Numbered from the stretch's first letter, positions 38,953-48,956 are shown. The stretch: DNA of 64,000 nucleotides from Acidimicrobiales bacterium (GCA_003243955.1 QHCE01000043.1:5475-69474); one strand, 5' to 3'. Notes: generated by a model from the letters alone, not told the origin. Numbers and translations are program-made.

Positions 38953-39564
38953 ATGACCGTCGCCGCAATAGCCACCCAACGCAGATCGTTTGTACTCGCC
39001 GATCTGCTCCCCGGTGAGTTAACCCGCGACATCGCCCTAGTCTTAGCCGGAGCGGGACTGGTTGGTCTAACGGCACAGTTGGCGGTGCCAATCCCTGGGA
39101 CACCAGTGCCCGTGACCGGACAGACTTTCGCCGTACTGCTCATAGGTGCCGCGTTAGGAACCATCCGGGGAGCCGCAAGTCTTATCACCTACCTGCTCAT
39201 CGGACTCGCGGGAGTGCCATGGTTTGCCGAGGGAAACTCTGGCTTTGTCAACCCGACATTCGGCTACCTCATCGGGTTCATACTCGCAGGTGCAGCGGTG
39301 GGCAAACTCGCTGAGCGAGGCGCCGACAGATCAGTAGTCCGCATCCTTGGAGCGATGGTGCTGGGAAACGTCATCATCTTCGCCATTGGCGTGTCATGGC
39401 TGATGGGAGTAACCCATATCGGGCTCGCCGAAGGCTGGGCGCAAGGCGTGCAGCCCTTCTTGATCGGTGGTGCAATCAAAACCGCACTGGCTGCTGGCCT
39501 ACTTCCCGGCACCTGGGCACTGCTGGACCGGTCAGGCCGTGGAAGACCCAGTGACATTCCATGA
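38953..39564 (+). CDS. bioY: Biotin transporter BioY
   Basis: VPIPGTPVPVTGQTFAVLLIGAALG..GYLIGFILAG. ATG 38953 follows GGGAGA. Confidence 0.8.
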   Translation: MTVAAIATQRRSFVLADLLPGELTRDIALVLAGAGLVGLTAQLAVPIPGTPVPVTGQTFAVLLIGAALGTIRGAASLITYLLIGLAGVPWFAEGNSGFVNPTFGYLIGFILAGAAVGKLAERGADRSVVRILGAMVLGNVIIFAIGVSWLMGVTHIGLAEGWAQGVQPFLIGGAIKTALAAGLLPGTWALLDRSGRGRPSDIP

Positions 39565-39644
39565 GGGCGCAGCGTTGAGCGTCTCCGCTACCCATGTCGA
39601 TATAAATCTGCGTTGTACGTCTGCTTCACGGTAGGTTGGTCACC

Positions 39645-40295
39645 ATGAGCAGCTGGGCTAAAACTGAACGCGCCGATCTTGCCGCGACGTTGCATGAGCT
39701 GGGCTCACAAGCGCCAACGCTGTGCGGGAACTGGCGGGCTCTCGAGCTGGTATCGCATCTGGTGCTTCGTGCCAGCCGCCTGGATGGTCTGATAGGCATA
39801 GTGCTACCGGTAGCGGCCGGCTACACCCAGCGATTGCAGCGTCAGCTCGAACAGCGGTATGGATTTGACGGTTTAGTGCAGCGGTTTGCAGCCGGTTCGC
39901 CGCTATGGCATCCACTGGCGATACCGGCGCTCGATGAAGCCGCCAACGTCGTGGAATATTTCGTTCATCACGAAGACTTGCGGCGAGCCGCTACTACATG
40001 GAAGCCGAGAGAACTACAGCCTGGGCATCAGGCCGAGCTGTGGAATCGGACACGGCGCCTTGCGAAGGTACTTGTCCGCCAAGCCACGCCGTTGCACCTG
40101 GTAGCACCTGGATACGGTGAACTGCTGCTGCCCGCCCGTTCAGCAGTGGGTAATGTCGCTCCGCTGACCACTGTGAGCGGGCTCCCTAGCGAACTGGTGC
40201 TCTTCTGCTATGGGCGGCAGGCGCATAGCCTGGCCGACGTCAGCGGAGATCCCGAACGCATCGCCGCAGTGAAAGCAGCCAAGCTCGGTCTGTAG
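39645..40295 (+). CDS. TIGR03085-type (mycothiol maleylpyruvate isomerase-like DinB fold) protein
   Basis: WAKTERADLAATLHELGSQAPTLCGNWRALELVSHLVLR. Confidence 0.7.
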   Translation: MSSWAKTERADLAATLHELGSQAPTLCGNWRALELVSHLVLRASRLDGLIGIVLPVAAGYTQRLQRQLEQRYGFDGLVQRFAAGSPLWHPLAIPALDEAANVVEYFVHHEDLRRAATTWKPRELQPGHQAELWNRTRRLAKVLVRQATPLHLVAPGYGELLLPARSAVGNVAPLTTVSGLPSELVLFCYGRQAHSLADVSGDPERIAAVKAAKLGL

Positions 40296-40345
40296 CGAGC
40301 CAACCTGTTCATTTGCAGGTTCAACACGTCCTGGTATAAGTAGCC

Positions 40346-41251
40346 ATGTACTTCGATGTTCCTCGCCGTATTACCGGACATCGTGGCTCGGGGGCAAACC
40401 ACGTTGTGCAACGCGAAATAGAAAACACTGCCGCTTCCTGCCGCCTGGCTCTTGTCCACGGCGCAGACAGTGTGGAGATCGATGTCCAGGTCAGCGGTGA
40501 CGATAAGCTTGTGGTGTATCACCATGCCCGCACGCCGGATGGTCTGCGGGTTGCCGAGCAGCCGCTGAACCAGCTGCAAGCGCTAGGGATCGAAACGCTA
40601 GCGGAACTAACGGCTGCGCTGCCAAGTCACAGCAATGGCATGCAGGTAGGGCTGAATCTAGAACTCAAAACCGGCTATGACCGAAACGAGTTAAAGCTTG
40701 ATCACCGAGTTGCAGATGCCCTCACCGAGCTACTACCAACGTTGACCGCCCGACACACAGTGCTGCTGTCGTCCTTCGATCCAATCGTGTTAGGTCGTTA
40801 TAGAGTGCTACGGGATACAGGCACGGCAACGGCATTACCTTTCAGCTACGTGTGCGCACATCCGCATCGGCGGGACCGCACTCTACCGGTAACAGTGAGT
40901 GATGGCGTTATCGAGGCCTCCAAGCTTGGAGCTGATTCAGTGCATCTCAACGCCGGCCAACTGGGGCTTGGACCGCCAGAGACTGACCCTCAGTTCACCG
41001 AACCCGGTCAAAACTGGGCTCCGCAGGAACGCATTGCTGCCGCGGTGGCCGCTGCCCGCGACGCTGGTCTTGCGCTGAACGTGTGGTGCCCCGAACCCGA
41101 GGACGCGGCGATCCTGCTGCGGGCTGGAGTTGACGGGGTATGTGTGAATTGGGTTCCCGAAACCGTGAGCCGCACAGCTGAGTTGCTGGCAGGGGCTGAA
41201 CCGACTGCCGATGCAATTCCGGTTCAGGCTGCCACTCCGCGCACCGAGTAG
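40346..41251 (+). CDS. Glycerophosphodiester phosphodiesterase family protein
   Basis: [11 protein letters not shown].., [18 protein letters not shown]. The 3-prime end overlaps convergent hisF by 28 nt. Confidence 0.8.
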   Translation: MYFDVPRRITGHRGSGANHVVQREIENTAASCRLALVHGADSVEIDVQVSGDDKLVVYHHARTPDGLRVAEQPLNQLQALGIETLAELTAALPSHSNGMQVGLNLELKTGYDRNELKLDHRVADALTELLPTLTARHTVLLSSFDPIVLGRYRVLRDTGTATALPFSYVCAHPHRRDRTLPVTVSDGVIEASKLGADSVHLNAGQLGLGPPETDPQFTEPGQNWAPQERIAAAVAAARDAGLALNVWCPEPEDAAILLRAGVDGVCVNWVPETVSRTAELLAGAEPTADAIPVQAATPRTE

Positions 41252-42009
41252 CCGGCGGTACTCAGCGCTGCTTTTACCTGTCCAACGCTGATCTGTTGAA
41301 AGTGGAACACGCTGGCTGCCAGAACGGCGTCGGCGCCGGCAGCCAGCGCGGGCGCGAAATGTTCCACGGTCCCAGCACCTCCGCTGGCTATTACCGGCAT
41401 GCAGACGCGCTCGCGCACTTGCGCGATCAGGTCCAGGTCATACCCGTCCTTGGTACCATCGGCGTCCATTCCGTTAAGCAAGATCTCCCCAACACCGAGC
41501 TCCTGCCCACGTGTGGCCCACGCAACAGCGTCGATACCGGTACCTCGGCGACCACCGTGGGTGGTAACCTCGAAGCCGCTCTGCGTAGCCGGCTCGCCTT
41601 CGGGTACTCGGCGGGCGTCGACGGAGAGCACCACGCATTGAGCGCCGAAACGCCGTGAAGCCTCAGACAGCAGCTCCGGTCGGCTAATCGCGGCAGTGTT
41701 GATGCTCACTTTGTCCGCGCCGGCGCGCAACAGCGCGTTCACATCGTCAGTTGAGCGAACGCCACCACCAACCGTTAACGGGATGAATACCTGCTCCGCG
41801 GTGCGTCGTACAACATCGAACATTGTTGCTCGCTCTGATGACGATGCGGTCACATCGAGGAACACCAGCTCGTCAATGCCGGCCTCGTCATACGCGCGCG
41901 CAAGCTGCACCGGATCTCCGGCGTCGCGAAGCCCAGCGAAACGGACACCTTTCACAACCCGGCCAGCATCAACGTCCAGACACGCGATCACGCGCACCGC
42001 TAGGCTCAC
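41224..42009 (-). CDS. hisF: Imidazole glycerol phosphate synthase cyclase subunit
   Basis: [19 protein letters not shown].., ..[19 protein letters not shown].., 261 aa. Confidence 0.95.
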   Translation of the reverse strand: MSLAVRVIACLDVDAGRVVKGVRFAGLRDAGDPVQLARAYDEAGIDELVFLDVTASSSERATMFDVVRRTAEQVFIPLTVGGGVRSTDDVNALLRAGADKVSINTAAISRPELLSEASRRFGAQCVVLSVDARRVPEGEPATQSGFEVTTHGGRRGTGIDAVAWATRGQELGVGEILLNGMDADGTKDGYDLDLIAQVRERVCMPVIASGGAGTVEHFAPALAAGADAVLAASVFHFQQISVGQVKAALSTAGYSVRGVAA

Positions 42010-42779
42010 TGTGGTTCTCCAGAACGGCTCGCACCAGCAACAGTGAGGGCTTCGCTAAGGGTAAAAGCCTCCGCATACAACGCCTTACCAACGATTGCGC
42101 CCTCAACACCTAGCGGTACCAGCTCTCGCAGCGCCGCAATGTCATTCACGCTGGACACTCCCCCGGATGCGATCACTGGTGCCGTCGTCGCCGCGCACAC
42201 GTCGCGCAACAACTCAAGGTTGGGGCCGCGCAACGTGCCATCTTTAGTCACGTCAGTTACCACGTAGCGTGCGCAACCTTCTGAATCCAGCCGCGCGAGT
42301 GTCTCATACAGTTCGCCGCCTTCGGAGGTCCAACCGCGCGCCGCAAGAGTAGTGCCGCGTACGTCGAGCCCCACCGCAATTTTTTCACCGTACTCGGCAA
42401 TCGCCTCAGCGCACCATTGCGGATCTTCTAGCACAGCAGTACCCAGATTTATCCGGGCGCAGCCGGTGGATAGCGCCGCATTCAGCGATTGGGCGTCTCG
42501 GATTCCGCCAGAGAGCTCCACCTGAACGTCCAGCGCACCCACCATCTCGGCGAGCAGCTCTCGATTGGAGCCACGACCGAACGCAGCGTCGATGTCTACT
42601 AGGTGGATCCACTCCGCGCCCTGCCGCTGCCATTCCATTGCCGCGGCCAGTGGCTCGCCATAGGCGGTTTCTGAACCTGCCGCACCTTGCACTAGCCGGA
42701 TTGCCTGCCCCTGCGACACGTCCACGGCGGGGAGCAGAGTGAGCGGGGGCTTCGGTGTCGCTTGAAGGGTCATCATCAA
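42006..42779 (-). CDS. hisA: Phosphoribosyl isomerase A (HisA/PriA type)
   Basis: [20 protein letters not shown].., ..GGIRD.., ..ASGGVSS... Start is TTG 42779 or ATG 42776; both overlap the yoeB stop. Confidence 0.9.
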   Translation of the reverse strand: MMMTLQATPKPPLTLLPAVDVSQGQAIRLVQGAAGSETAYGEPLAAAMEWQRQGAEWIHLVDIDAAFGRGSNRELLAEMVGALDVQVELSGGIRDAQSLNAALSTGCARINLGTAVLEDPQWCAEAIAEYGEKIAVGLDVRGTTLAARGWTSEGGELYETLARLDSEGCARYVVTDVTKDGTLRGPNLELLRDVCAATTAPVIASGGVSSVNDIAALRELVPLGVEGAIVGKALYAEAFTLSEALTVAGASRSGEPQ

Positions 42780-43042
42780 CTTTCGTAGTGGTAGCGGCAG
42801 GCGGCGATGCGTATCTCTGTTTCATCAGCGGTGATCTGGTAGATCAGGCGGTGTTCGGAAGTGATTCGACGCGACCAATAGCCACTGAACTCGTTTCGAA
42901 GCGGTTCGGGCTTACCCAGCCCTTCGTTACCGTTGCGAGCGATGTCAGCAATCAAGGCGTTGATCCGTTTGACCATCTTGCGGTCCTGAGCCTGCCACCA
43001 CAGGTATTGTTCCCAACTACGTTTGTTCCAGATGAGAATCAT
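42776..43042 (-). CDS. yoeB: YoeB/Txe-family toxin
   Basis: ..[61 protein letters not shown]. Confidence 0.9.
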   Translation of the reverse strand: MILIWNKRSWEQYLWWQAQDRKMVKRINALIADIARNGNEGLGKPEPLRNEFSGYWSRRITSEHRLIYQITADETEIRIAACRYHYES

Positions 43043-43290
43043 TCGAGCAGTTCCCGCCGGATACCTCTCCCGGCCTCAAGTTCCTTGATCGACTCAAGTA
43101 TCCAACGCGCATTGGCGGGGCTCCGTTGCAGATACTCCGTCTCCTTCATCGACTCGTACTCATCGAGTGGGATGATGACCACCGATTCGTGGCCGGCCCG
43201 AGTGATCACGACTTCTTCGCGGTCGTCGATGACCGAATCCAGTGTTTCGGCATAGTGCGCGCGGGACTGCGAATACGTCATGACTTTCAT
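43039..43290 (-). CDS. yefM: YefM antitoxin
   Basis: MKVMTYSQSRAHYAETLDSVIDDREEVVITRAGHESVVIIPLDEYESMKETEYL. GGAGG lies 5 nt upstream of ATG 43290, and an ATGA overlap links it to yoeB. Confidence 0.9.
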   Translation of the reverse strand: MKVMTYSQSRAHYAETLDSVIDDREEVVITRAGHESVVIIPLDEYESMKETEYLQRSPANARWILESIKELEAGRGIRRELLE

Positions 43291-43310
43291 GGCAACCTCC
43301 AACTCAGAAA

Positions 43311-43326
43311 GTACATCCTATTGTAC
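43311..43326. promoter_or_regulatory. Candidate YefM-YoeB operator
   Basis: GTACATCCTATTGTAC has two GTAC cores 12 bp centre to centre, 21 nt upstream of the yefM ATG. This recalls the TGTACA-core operator described for E. coli yefM-yoeB. Confidence 0.45.
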
Positions 43327-43343
43327 GTCGAGGGTTCGTGAGT

Positions 43344-44120
43344 TTATCCCCCTCCGGGCGAAAGTTCGGCGGCGAGCAGCGCGGTGACCCGCGCAAACGC
43401 GTCGTCGGGCGCCGCGGGTCGGTAGGTATCGCGTTCGTGACAAAAGAAGCCGTGTGGGGTGTCGGGGTAAACCACCAGCTCGTGGTCGACACTGTCCCGC
43501 TGCAACCGTTCGGCGATCTGATTACGCTGCTCAGCGGTGACCAGATGGTCCCCGTCACCGATCAAGAACAGCACGCGAGTGCCGAACTCCGCGATGCCCG
43601 CGGTGAGGGCCAACGTCGGTTCTGGGCGGCTCAGTGCGATATCAGTGCCTGTGAGCCAGCCGGGGTAGAACACCGCGAGAGCGGCCAGCGATAGCTGGGT
43701 GGCGGCGTAATAGGCGATGTGGCCCCCAAAGCTCAGGCCGACCATCGCAGTCCGGTCGCTGCCGCCCTCACGATCACGCAGGTAATCCAGTAACGACTGC
43801 ATATCTTGCCGCACCTCGGCACGTTTTATGCCTTGCAGCAGCTTTAGACCGCGGTCGCGGCCCTCGGCGCTGGCGGGTAAGTCGATGTGATCTCCGAGCC
43901 GGTGATAGAAGTCGGGTGCGACCGCGGTGTAGCCCAGGTGCGCAATGCGGTCAGTGACAGCTCGAATATAACCGGTGACCCCGAACATCTCGAAGCCCAC
44001 AATCACATTCGGGTACATGCCAGGATTGACTGGTCGCGCCAAATAGGCCGGCATTGTCAAGGCCTCAGAATCGCAGGTGACCGGGACGTCGATCCAGCTG
44101 TTGGTGATCTCGTGTCGCAT
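43344..44120 (-). CDS. Dienelactone hydrolase family protein
   Basis: MPAYLARP..VIVGFEMFGVTGYIRAVTDRIAHLGYTAVAPDFYHR. ATG 44120 follows AGGAG. The upstream part of ORF 43344-44384 is judged non-coding. Confidence 0.8.
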   Translation of the reverse strand: MRHEITNSWIDVPVTCDSEALTMPAYLARPVNPGMYPNVIVGFEMFGVTGYIRAVTDRIAHLGYTAVAPDFYHRLGDHIDLPASAEGRDRGLKLLQGIKRAEVRQDMQSLLDYLRDREGGSDRTAMVGLSFGGHIAYYAATQLSLAALAVFYPGWLTGTDIALSRPEPTLALTAGIAEFGTRVLFLIGDGDHLVTAEQRNQIAERLQRDSVDHELVVYPDTPHGFFCHERDTYRPAAPDDAFARVTALLAAELSPGGG

Positions 44121-44205
44121 GCATGCTCCTGTCAGGTGGGTTCCACAACGGGTGGCGCACAAGCAACGCAACGACAGCCAAGTAGCCGCACAACGCCCTA
44201 AATGT

Positions 44206-45192
44206 TCAGGCCGGTGTGCGGACGGTGCCATGTGCGGCGAAGGATTGCCGGTCGCCGGCCCATGCCGTGCGGGGTGCCACGGTTTGCAGTCGGTCCAGAT
44301 CGTCCGGTGAGAGTTCCAGCATCGCTGCCCTAGCGTTCTCCTCCAGCCGCTCCCGGCGTCGGGTACCAGGGATGGGGACGACATCCTCCCCCTGACCGAG
44401 CAGCCATGCCAACGTAAGCTGCGCGGGAGTCACGCCGTGGGCTACCGCCAGTCGAGCCACCTCTTCCACGATCGTCTGGTTGCGCGTAAACTCAGTACCA
44501 ACAAAGCGCGGGTCGTTGCGGCGAAAGTCATCGACGCTAAACTCGTTCGTCTTAACGGTACCCGTGAGGAACCCGCGGCCGAGTGGGCTGTAAGCGACAA
44601 GCCCGATTCCGAGGCGCCGTGCCGCGGGCACAACATCGTCCTCGGCCTCGCGCCACCACAGCGACCACTCGCACTGTAATGCGCTGATCGGGTGAACGGC
44701 GGCTGCGCGCTCAAGCTCATCGGCGCTGGCCTCAGATAACCCCAGGTAGCGCACTTTCCCCTGGTCGACCAGCTCGGCCATCGCCCCGACGGTCTCCTCG
44801 ATCGGGATGTTTGGGTCGACCCGGTGTTGATAATAAAGATCTATGTGCTCGACGCCAAGCCGGGCAAGCGATGCCTCACAGTATCCGCGGACGTTCTCAG
44901 GACGACCGTCTACCCGGACACCGCCGTCCTCACCTCGTACGATCCCGAACTTCGTGGCCACAACGACGTGTTCCCGGCGACCGGCGATAGCTCGACCGAC
45001 CAACTGTTCGTTGTGGCCGCGGCCGTAACTCATCGCGGTATCCAAAAATGTGACACCGAGCTCAATCGCTCGCCGCACCGTGGCCACGGATTCGTCGTCA
45101 TCGGCCAGCCCATATGCCTGAGAAAAGCCCATGCAACCCAGACCGAGCGAGGAGACAGTGAGGCCGGCAGGGCCAAGGATTCGAGTCTTCAT
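44206..45192 (-). CDS. Aldo/keto reductase
   Basis: 328 aa. [12 protein letters not shown], ..GLSEAS.., ..[13 protein letters not shown]. Confidence 0.9.
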   Translation of the reverse strand: MKTRILGPAGLTVSSLGLGCMGFSQAYGLADDDESVATVRRAIELGVTFLDTAMSYGRGHNEQLVGRAIAGRREHVVVATKFGIVRGEDGGVRVDGRPENVRGYCEASLARLGVEHIDLYYQHRVDPNIPIEETVGAMAELVDQGKVRYLGLSEASADELERAAAVHPISALQCEWSLWWREAEDDVVPAARRLGIGLVAYSPLGRGFLTGTVKTNEFSVDDFRRNDPRFVGTEFTRNQTIVEEVARLAVAHGVTPAQLTLAWLLGQGEDVVPIPGTRRRERLEENARAAMLELSPDDLDRLQTVAPRTAWAGDRQSFAAHGTVRTPA

Positions 45193-45284
45193 AGAGCCAA
45201 ACTAGCGCAATAGGAAACTGGTATCCTTACTCAGTTAATACTGATGAGTTATTCATAAGTCAGCAATGATCTCGAGGAGGAAAC

Positions 45285-45506
45285 ATGATAATCATCCAGA
45301 ATTCGTCTCCGGCCAGTGAGGGGCCGCGCAGACCCCCGAGGCGGTCAGCATATCAACGCATCGTAAAAGGAGCCGCGATGCTGGCCCTGGCCACCACCGT
45401 CTTCCTGTTCGTGGAAGCTCCTACTGCGGCGTATGCCGATCCAAATCCGGGGTGTGGTTATCCCTGCACCTACGATTGCCCGGACTGCTACCCCTCCAGT
45501 AGGTAA
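45285..45506 (+). CDS. Small secreted Cys-rich peptide precursor (73 aa)
   Basis: GGAGGA lies 6 nt upstream of the ATG. Basic n-region, h-region AAMLALATTVFLFV and an AYA cleavage motif. Predicted 22-aa mature peptide DPNPGCGYPCTYDCPDCYPSSR with 4 Cys. Confidence 0.5.
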   Translation: MIIIQNSSPASEGPRRPPRRSAYQRIVKGAAMLALATTVFLFVEAPTAAYADPNPGCGYPCTYDCPDCYPSSR

Positions 45507-45785
45507 GGTAATTAGTGCCGATGAAAATCCTGGGGTGCGTCAGGGGCTCCTGGGTCTGCGGAACGCAGGGGTGAACAACTGACTGGTGGTGCCGAGAGGT
45601 GTCGCTGGAACAATGGCATATATGCCTAAGCCCTATCCGTGGGACGTGGGCTAACCTGGCGAGGCTCTGCGCCAGCAAGCTTCAGCGTGGCCAGAGCGGT
45701 TGCGCAGCCACGGCCCCGGCAAAGTCGATAGCAGCGAACTTTACCGGCGCACTGCGGATGGAGGATCGCCGAACCTTCAGCGGTT

Positions 45786-45813
45786 TGGTAAACAGGTCTG
45801 CAGCCCTGTTTAC
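45786..45813. terminator. Hairpin 12 nt downstream of the TipA-like MerR gene
   Basis: GGTAAACAGG-8 nt-CCTGTTTACC, a perfect 10-bp stem. Confidence 0.5.
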
Positions 45814-45824
45814 CGAAAGGGTCA

Positions 45825-46589
45825 CTACCCGCGTTGGTCGCTAAGCTTGCGTTCGGCATACACCTTCATCGCGTCGCGGATGAAAGCCGCGGTACCTTCG
45901 CCATGCTTATCGTAATTCGCGGTGAAGCGCGGATCATCGACATACATCTGTCCCAGTCCCGCGAACTGCTCCGCAGTCGGATGTTTGCCCTGCCAGCCGG
46001 CCACGATCCACTCGTAGTGACGCCGGGTGATCGCCGCTACCTCGTCACTGTCCGGCGATCGGCCAGCCGCGTGCGCTGTGCCGTAGTCGGAGGCAATGTC
46101 GGACTGTCGCTGCTGGAATCGGTTCTTCTCCTCCTTGGATAGCGAACTCGACCACCTGTCGCCCTTCTCGTAGGCATCGCGGCCCCAGCGTTGGACCACC
46201 TCTTGCTCGTACTGTGTGTGGTCGAAACCGTCTAATGCTTCCTCTATCATGAGTTTTTCACCCTTCTCAGTTTTGCGTAGCGTTATTTTCACCGACTCGA
46301 TCTGTCGTCCAATGCGCTGACGTTCCTGCTCCAGCAACATCAGATGGGTGCGCAGCGCGGCAGCAGTGTCACGTTGTCCGTCTAGCACCTCAGCAATAGC
46401 CGGCAGACTCAGGCCGAGCTCTCGCAGCAAGAGAATCCGCTGCAAGCGCAGGAGGCCGTCTTGGTCGTAATAGCGGTAGCCGTTACTTCCCACCCTGCTA
46501 GGCTCAAGTAGCCCTACCTCGCTGTAGTGGCGCAAAGCGCGGTTGGTAGTTCCCGCCGAACGTGCAATCTCTTGAATAGACCACTCCAT
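45825..46589 (-). CDS. MerR-family regulator with TipAS-like C-terminal domain
   Basis: WSIQEIARSAGTTNRALRHYSEVGLLEPSRVGSNGYRYYDQDGLLRLQRILLLRELGLSL plus a long C-terminal TipAS-type domain. Confidence 0.85.
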   Translation of the reverse strand: MEWSIQEIARSAGTTNRALRHYSEVGLLEPSRVGSNGYRYYDQDGLLRLQRILLLRELGLSLPAIAEVLDGQRDTAAALRTHLMLLEQERQRIGRQIESVKITLRKTEKGEKLMIEEALDGFDHTQYEQEVVQRWGRDAYEKGDRWSSSLSKEEKNRFQQRQSDIASDYGTAHAAGRSPDSDEVAAITRRHYEWIVAGWQGKHPTAEQFAGLGQMYVDDPRFTANYDKHGEGTAAFIRDAMKVYAERKLSDQRG

Positions 46590-46630
46590 GACGCACCTTC
46601 CCTACTCTCGTCGGTGAAACTAGGTTAAAT

Positions 46631-46653
46631 CTTGACGTAGCGTTAAAGTCAAG
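46631..46653. promoter_or_regulatory. Dyad CTTGAC-N11-GTCAAG between the MerR gene and the divergent kinase gene
   Basis: Perfect 6-bp arms in the 85-bp divergent intergenic region. Candidate MerR-type operator. Confidence 0.3.
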
Positions 46654-46674
46654 TCTCAGAGGTACGCTCATCAT

Positions 46675-47673
46675 GTGACAGAACGCAGCGCTTTCAACGT
46701 CATCGTGTGTGGTGAAGCACTGATCGACCTATTGGAGCAGCCTGATGGTTCGTTCCTTGCTCGCCCCGGCGGAAGTCCGACGAATACTGCCGTTGCGCTC
46801 TCGCGGCTGGGTATCCGCACGGCGTTGGTCGCTCGCTTGGCGGCAGATCGGTTCGGCAATCTGTTGCGAACGCATCTCACTGAGTCTGGCGTGGACCTTT
46901 TCTCTGCAGTACATAGCGCAAAGCCCACGACGCTCGCTGTTGCGTCTCTGGATGAAACAAAAAATGCTAGTTACAGCTTCTACATCGATGGATGCGCTGA
47001 TGGTTCGTGGTCTACAGCCGATATTCCTAACGCTCTAGACGCCACCGATGTTCTAGTGGTAAGCGGATCCCTGGCGCTTCCGACGCCGGCAATGGCCGAG
47101 GTCATGGAGAACCTTCTCCATCGTGCTCAGGGGCAGCTGGTCGTTGTCTTCGATCCGAATATTCGCCCAGCCCTGATTACTGACAAAAGCACAGTTACTA
47201 ATCGCTTAGATCGATGGATAACGCAATCAACGATTGTTAAAGCAAGCGCTGAAGACGTCGCTTGGCGGTGGCCGGATAAAACGATAGAAGAGGTGGCGCA
47301 CGAGTGGATTGAGCAAGGCGTGGCACTGATCGTAATCACCGACGGAGCACGCGGCGCCTACGGATACACCACCAGCGCATCCACCCGGTGCGAGGCGCCA
47401 GCGGTGGACGTCATCGACACAATCGGAGCAGGTGACACCTTCACCGCGGGTTTGATCAACTGGCTTGCCGAACACAGCTTTACGACTTCCGACGCGCTGC
47501 GTTCCTTGACCTCCAGCCAGCTGAAGGCTGCCCTGGATGCGGCCATAGCGCTGGCCTCTGACACCTGCACTCGTCCAGGGGCGGATCCACCGTGGGCCAC
47601 AGCGTCTAACTCAGGTAGCATCGCCGTCTTCAGTGGTAACGGACCGAGGAAGGTGAGAACCCATGACCGCTAG
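46675..47673 (+). CDS. PfkB-family carbohydrate kinase (fructokinase-like)
   Basis: VIVCGEALIDLL.., GGSPTNTA, DTIGAGDTFTAG. Confidence 0.85.
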   Translation: MTERSAFNVIVCGEALIDLLEQPDGSFLARPGGSPTNTAVALSRLGIRTALVARLAADRFGNLLRTHLTESGVDLFSAVHSAKPTTLAVASLDETKNASYSFYIDGCADGSWSTADIPNALDATDVLVVSGSLALPTPAMAEVMENLLHRAQGQLVVVFDPNIRPALITDKSTVTNRLDRWITQSTIVKASAEDVAWRWPDKTIEEVAHEWIEQGVALIVITDGARGAYGYTTSASTRCEAPAVDVIDTIGAGDTFTAGLINWLAEHSFTTSDALRSLTSSQLKAALDAAIALASDTCTRPGADPPWATASNSGSIAVFSGNGPRKVRTHDR

Positions 47674-47765
47674 TTCAGGCCGGGTGCTCTCACCTCACGG
47701 CCATACGGTCCACTCACCATAGTTGACCCAGAGAGCACCTGTCGGTATTCCCGAAAGGTACTCTT

Positions 47766-48115
47766 ATGTCATCTTCTTCGTCACTTCGTGCTCAATCCGT
47801 CATCGTCACCAGGCTTCGGGCCGTTGGTTGTGTCTTCGCCGAGGACGAGGCGCGGTTGCTCATTTCCGCCGCCCCACACCTGCTGACCTCGCCGGCATGG
47901 TGGACCGGCGAGCAGCTGGCCTGCCTCTGGAAATCGTCCTCGGCTGGGTCGAGTTTTGCGGTCTGCGGATCGCTGTAGACCCCGGGGTCTTCGTACCCCG
48001 CCGGCGTACCGAGTTCCTTGCCTACCAGGCAGCCACTCTCCTCCAGCCAGGAGCTGTCGTCGTTGACCTGTGCTGCGGCTCGGGCGCCGTGGGCGCGGCT
48101 CTAGTGCAGCTGAGA
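47766..48115 (+). pseudogene. Putative protein N5-glutamine methyltransferase (TIGR03704-like), frameshifted and 3-prime truncated
   Basis: VTRLRAVGCVFAEDEARLLISAA is in one frame. After the C-run at 47872-47875 it continues in another frame (TPADLAGMVDRRAAGLPLEIVLGWVEFCGLRIAVDPGVFVPRRRTEF..VVDLCCGSGAVG). Homology stops near 48110, before the catalytic half. Confidence 0.65.
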
Positions 48116-48135
48116 GGTCCAGAGACCCGGCCTGG

Positions 48136-48604
48136 TTACCGGGGCTTATCGAGGTGCACCAGGATCACGCCTGGTTTGAGTTCTCTCGCCGAACCTCGAC
48201 GTAGCCAAGCCGCTCGTAGAGACGGCGGTTACGAGGTGGTGCACGATAAAAATTTTTGCACAAGTTCTCTTAACTTGGCAAAAACACGTTGCCGCTGATC
48301 TGGTCGCTTCATCGACGATGATGGCAGGAACTTCCAATCGTGCACCATGTCATTAGCGATACTGAGGTGTCCGGTGAACAAGGTGAAGCGGCGCACCTCC
48401 GCCGGTGCTCGCTGTTCTAGTGCCGCGAGCAGCCGGGTTCCGATCCCGCGGCCCTGCAGATCGGGTGCGATGACTAGGCGACTTATGTAGAGGACGGAAC
48501 CCTCGCAGCGGGCGCCTCCAGCTCCCACCATGCGATGTCCCAGCGTCACCTTCAGCGCAAGACTTGACGACCGGCATGTCGATGATTTCCTGCTGCATCA
48601 GCAA
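48136..48604 (-). pseudogene. GNAT acetyltransferase remnant with several frameshifts
   Basis: RLVIAPDLQGRGIGTRLLAALE in one frame, NRRLYERLGYVEVRRE in a second, GVILVHLDKPR-stop in a third. Confidence 0.6.
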
Positions 48605-48671
48605 ACCCCAATCATCGATGCATACTTGAGAAAGTTGTGCATGTCATACCCGCGTATTACAATACATAGAT

Positions 48672-48956
48672 ATGTCGGAGGATGTAGCCTGGTCCGTTGA
48701 AGCCGTCATGCATATGTGGGCCAGACACCAGATCAGACCGGATGAAGCAACGGAAGCCGTACAAGATTCCGATGCAGTCTGGTACGACCCTGACCCGCAT
48801 AGTAAGTCAGGACTTAGCGTTCGCGTGATCGGCTATTCGACGATGCGTAAAGAAATCCTCGTCGTCATTTTGCTCCGCGTGAGCGGAGCCTGGGAAGGTG
48901 TAAATGGGTGGACTGCGAACAGTACTCACCAACGGATCTATCGGCAGGGATTGTGA
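48672..48956 (+). CDS. brnT: BrnT-like (DUF497-type) toxin
   Basis: W..EAVMHMWARHQIRPDEATEAVQDSDAVWYDPDPHSKSGLSVRVIGYS..ILVVILLR..WTANSTHQRIY. The toxin-first gene order is typical of brnTA. Confidence 0.55.
   Translation: MSEDVAWSVEAVMHMWARHQIRPDEATEAVQDSDAVWYDPDPHSKSGLSVRVIGYSTMRKEILVVILLRVSGAWEGVNGWTANSTHQRIYRQGL

Noticed and set aside
43344-44384. Long N-terminal extensions offered by the ORF track, for example 44121-44384 of the hydrolase. Others are 26445-26618, 19705-19782, 1483-1578 and 13533-13601.
   Set aside because: The extensions are Arg/Pro/Cys-rich, lack family similarity and often overlap neighbouring genes. Internal starts with Shine-Dalgarno-like motifs match the N-termini expected for the families.
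45519-45600. GATGAAAATCCTGGGG resembles the GGTGAAAATCC segment of cobalamin riboswitches.
   Set aside because: No B12 box (GCCACTG) or CCCGC-ACTGT element follows in the right arrangement. No gene lies downstream on that strand for it to regulate.
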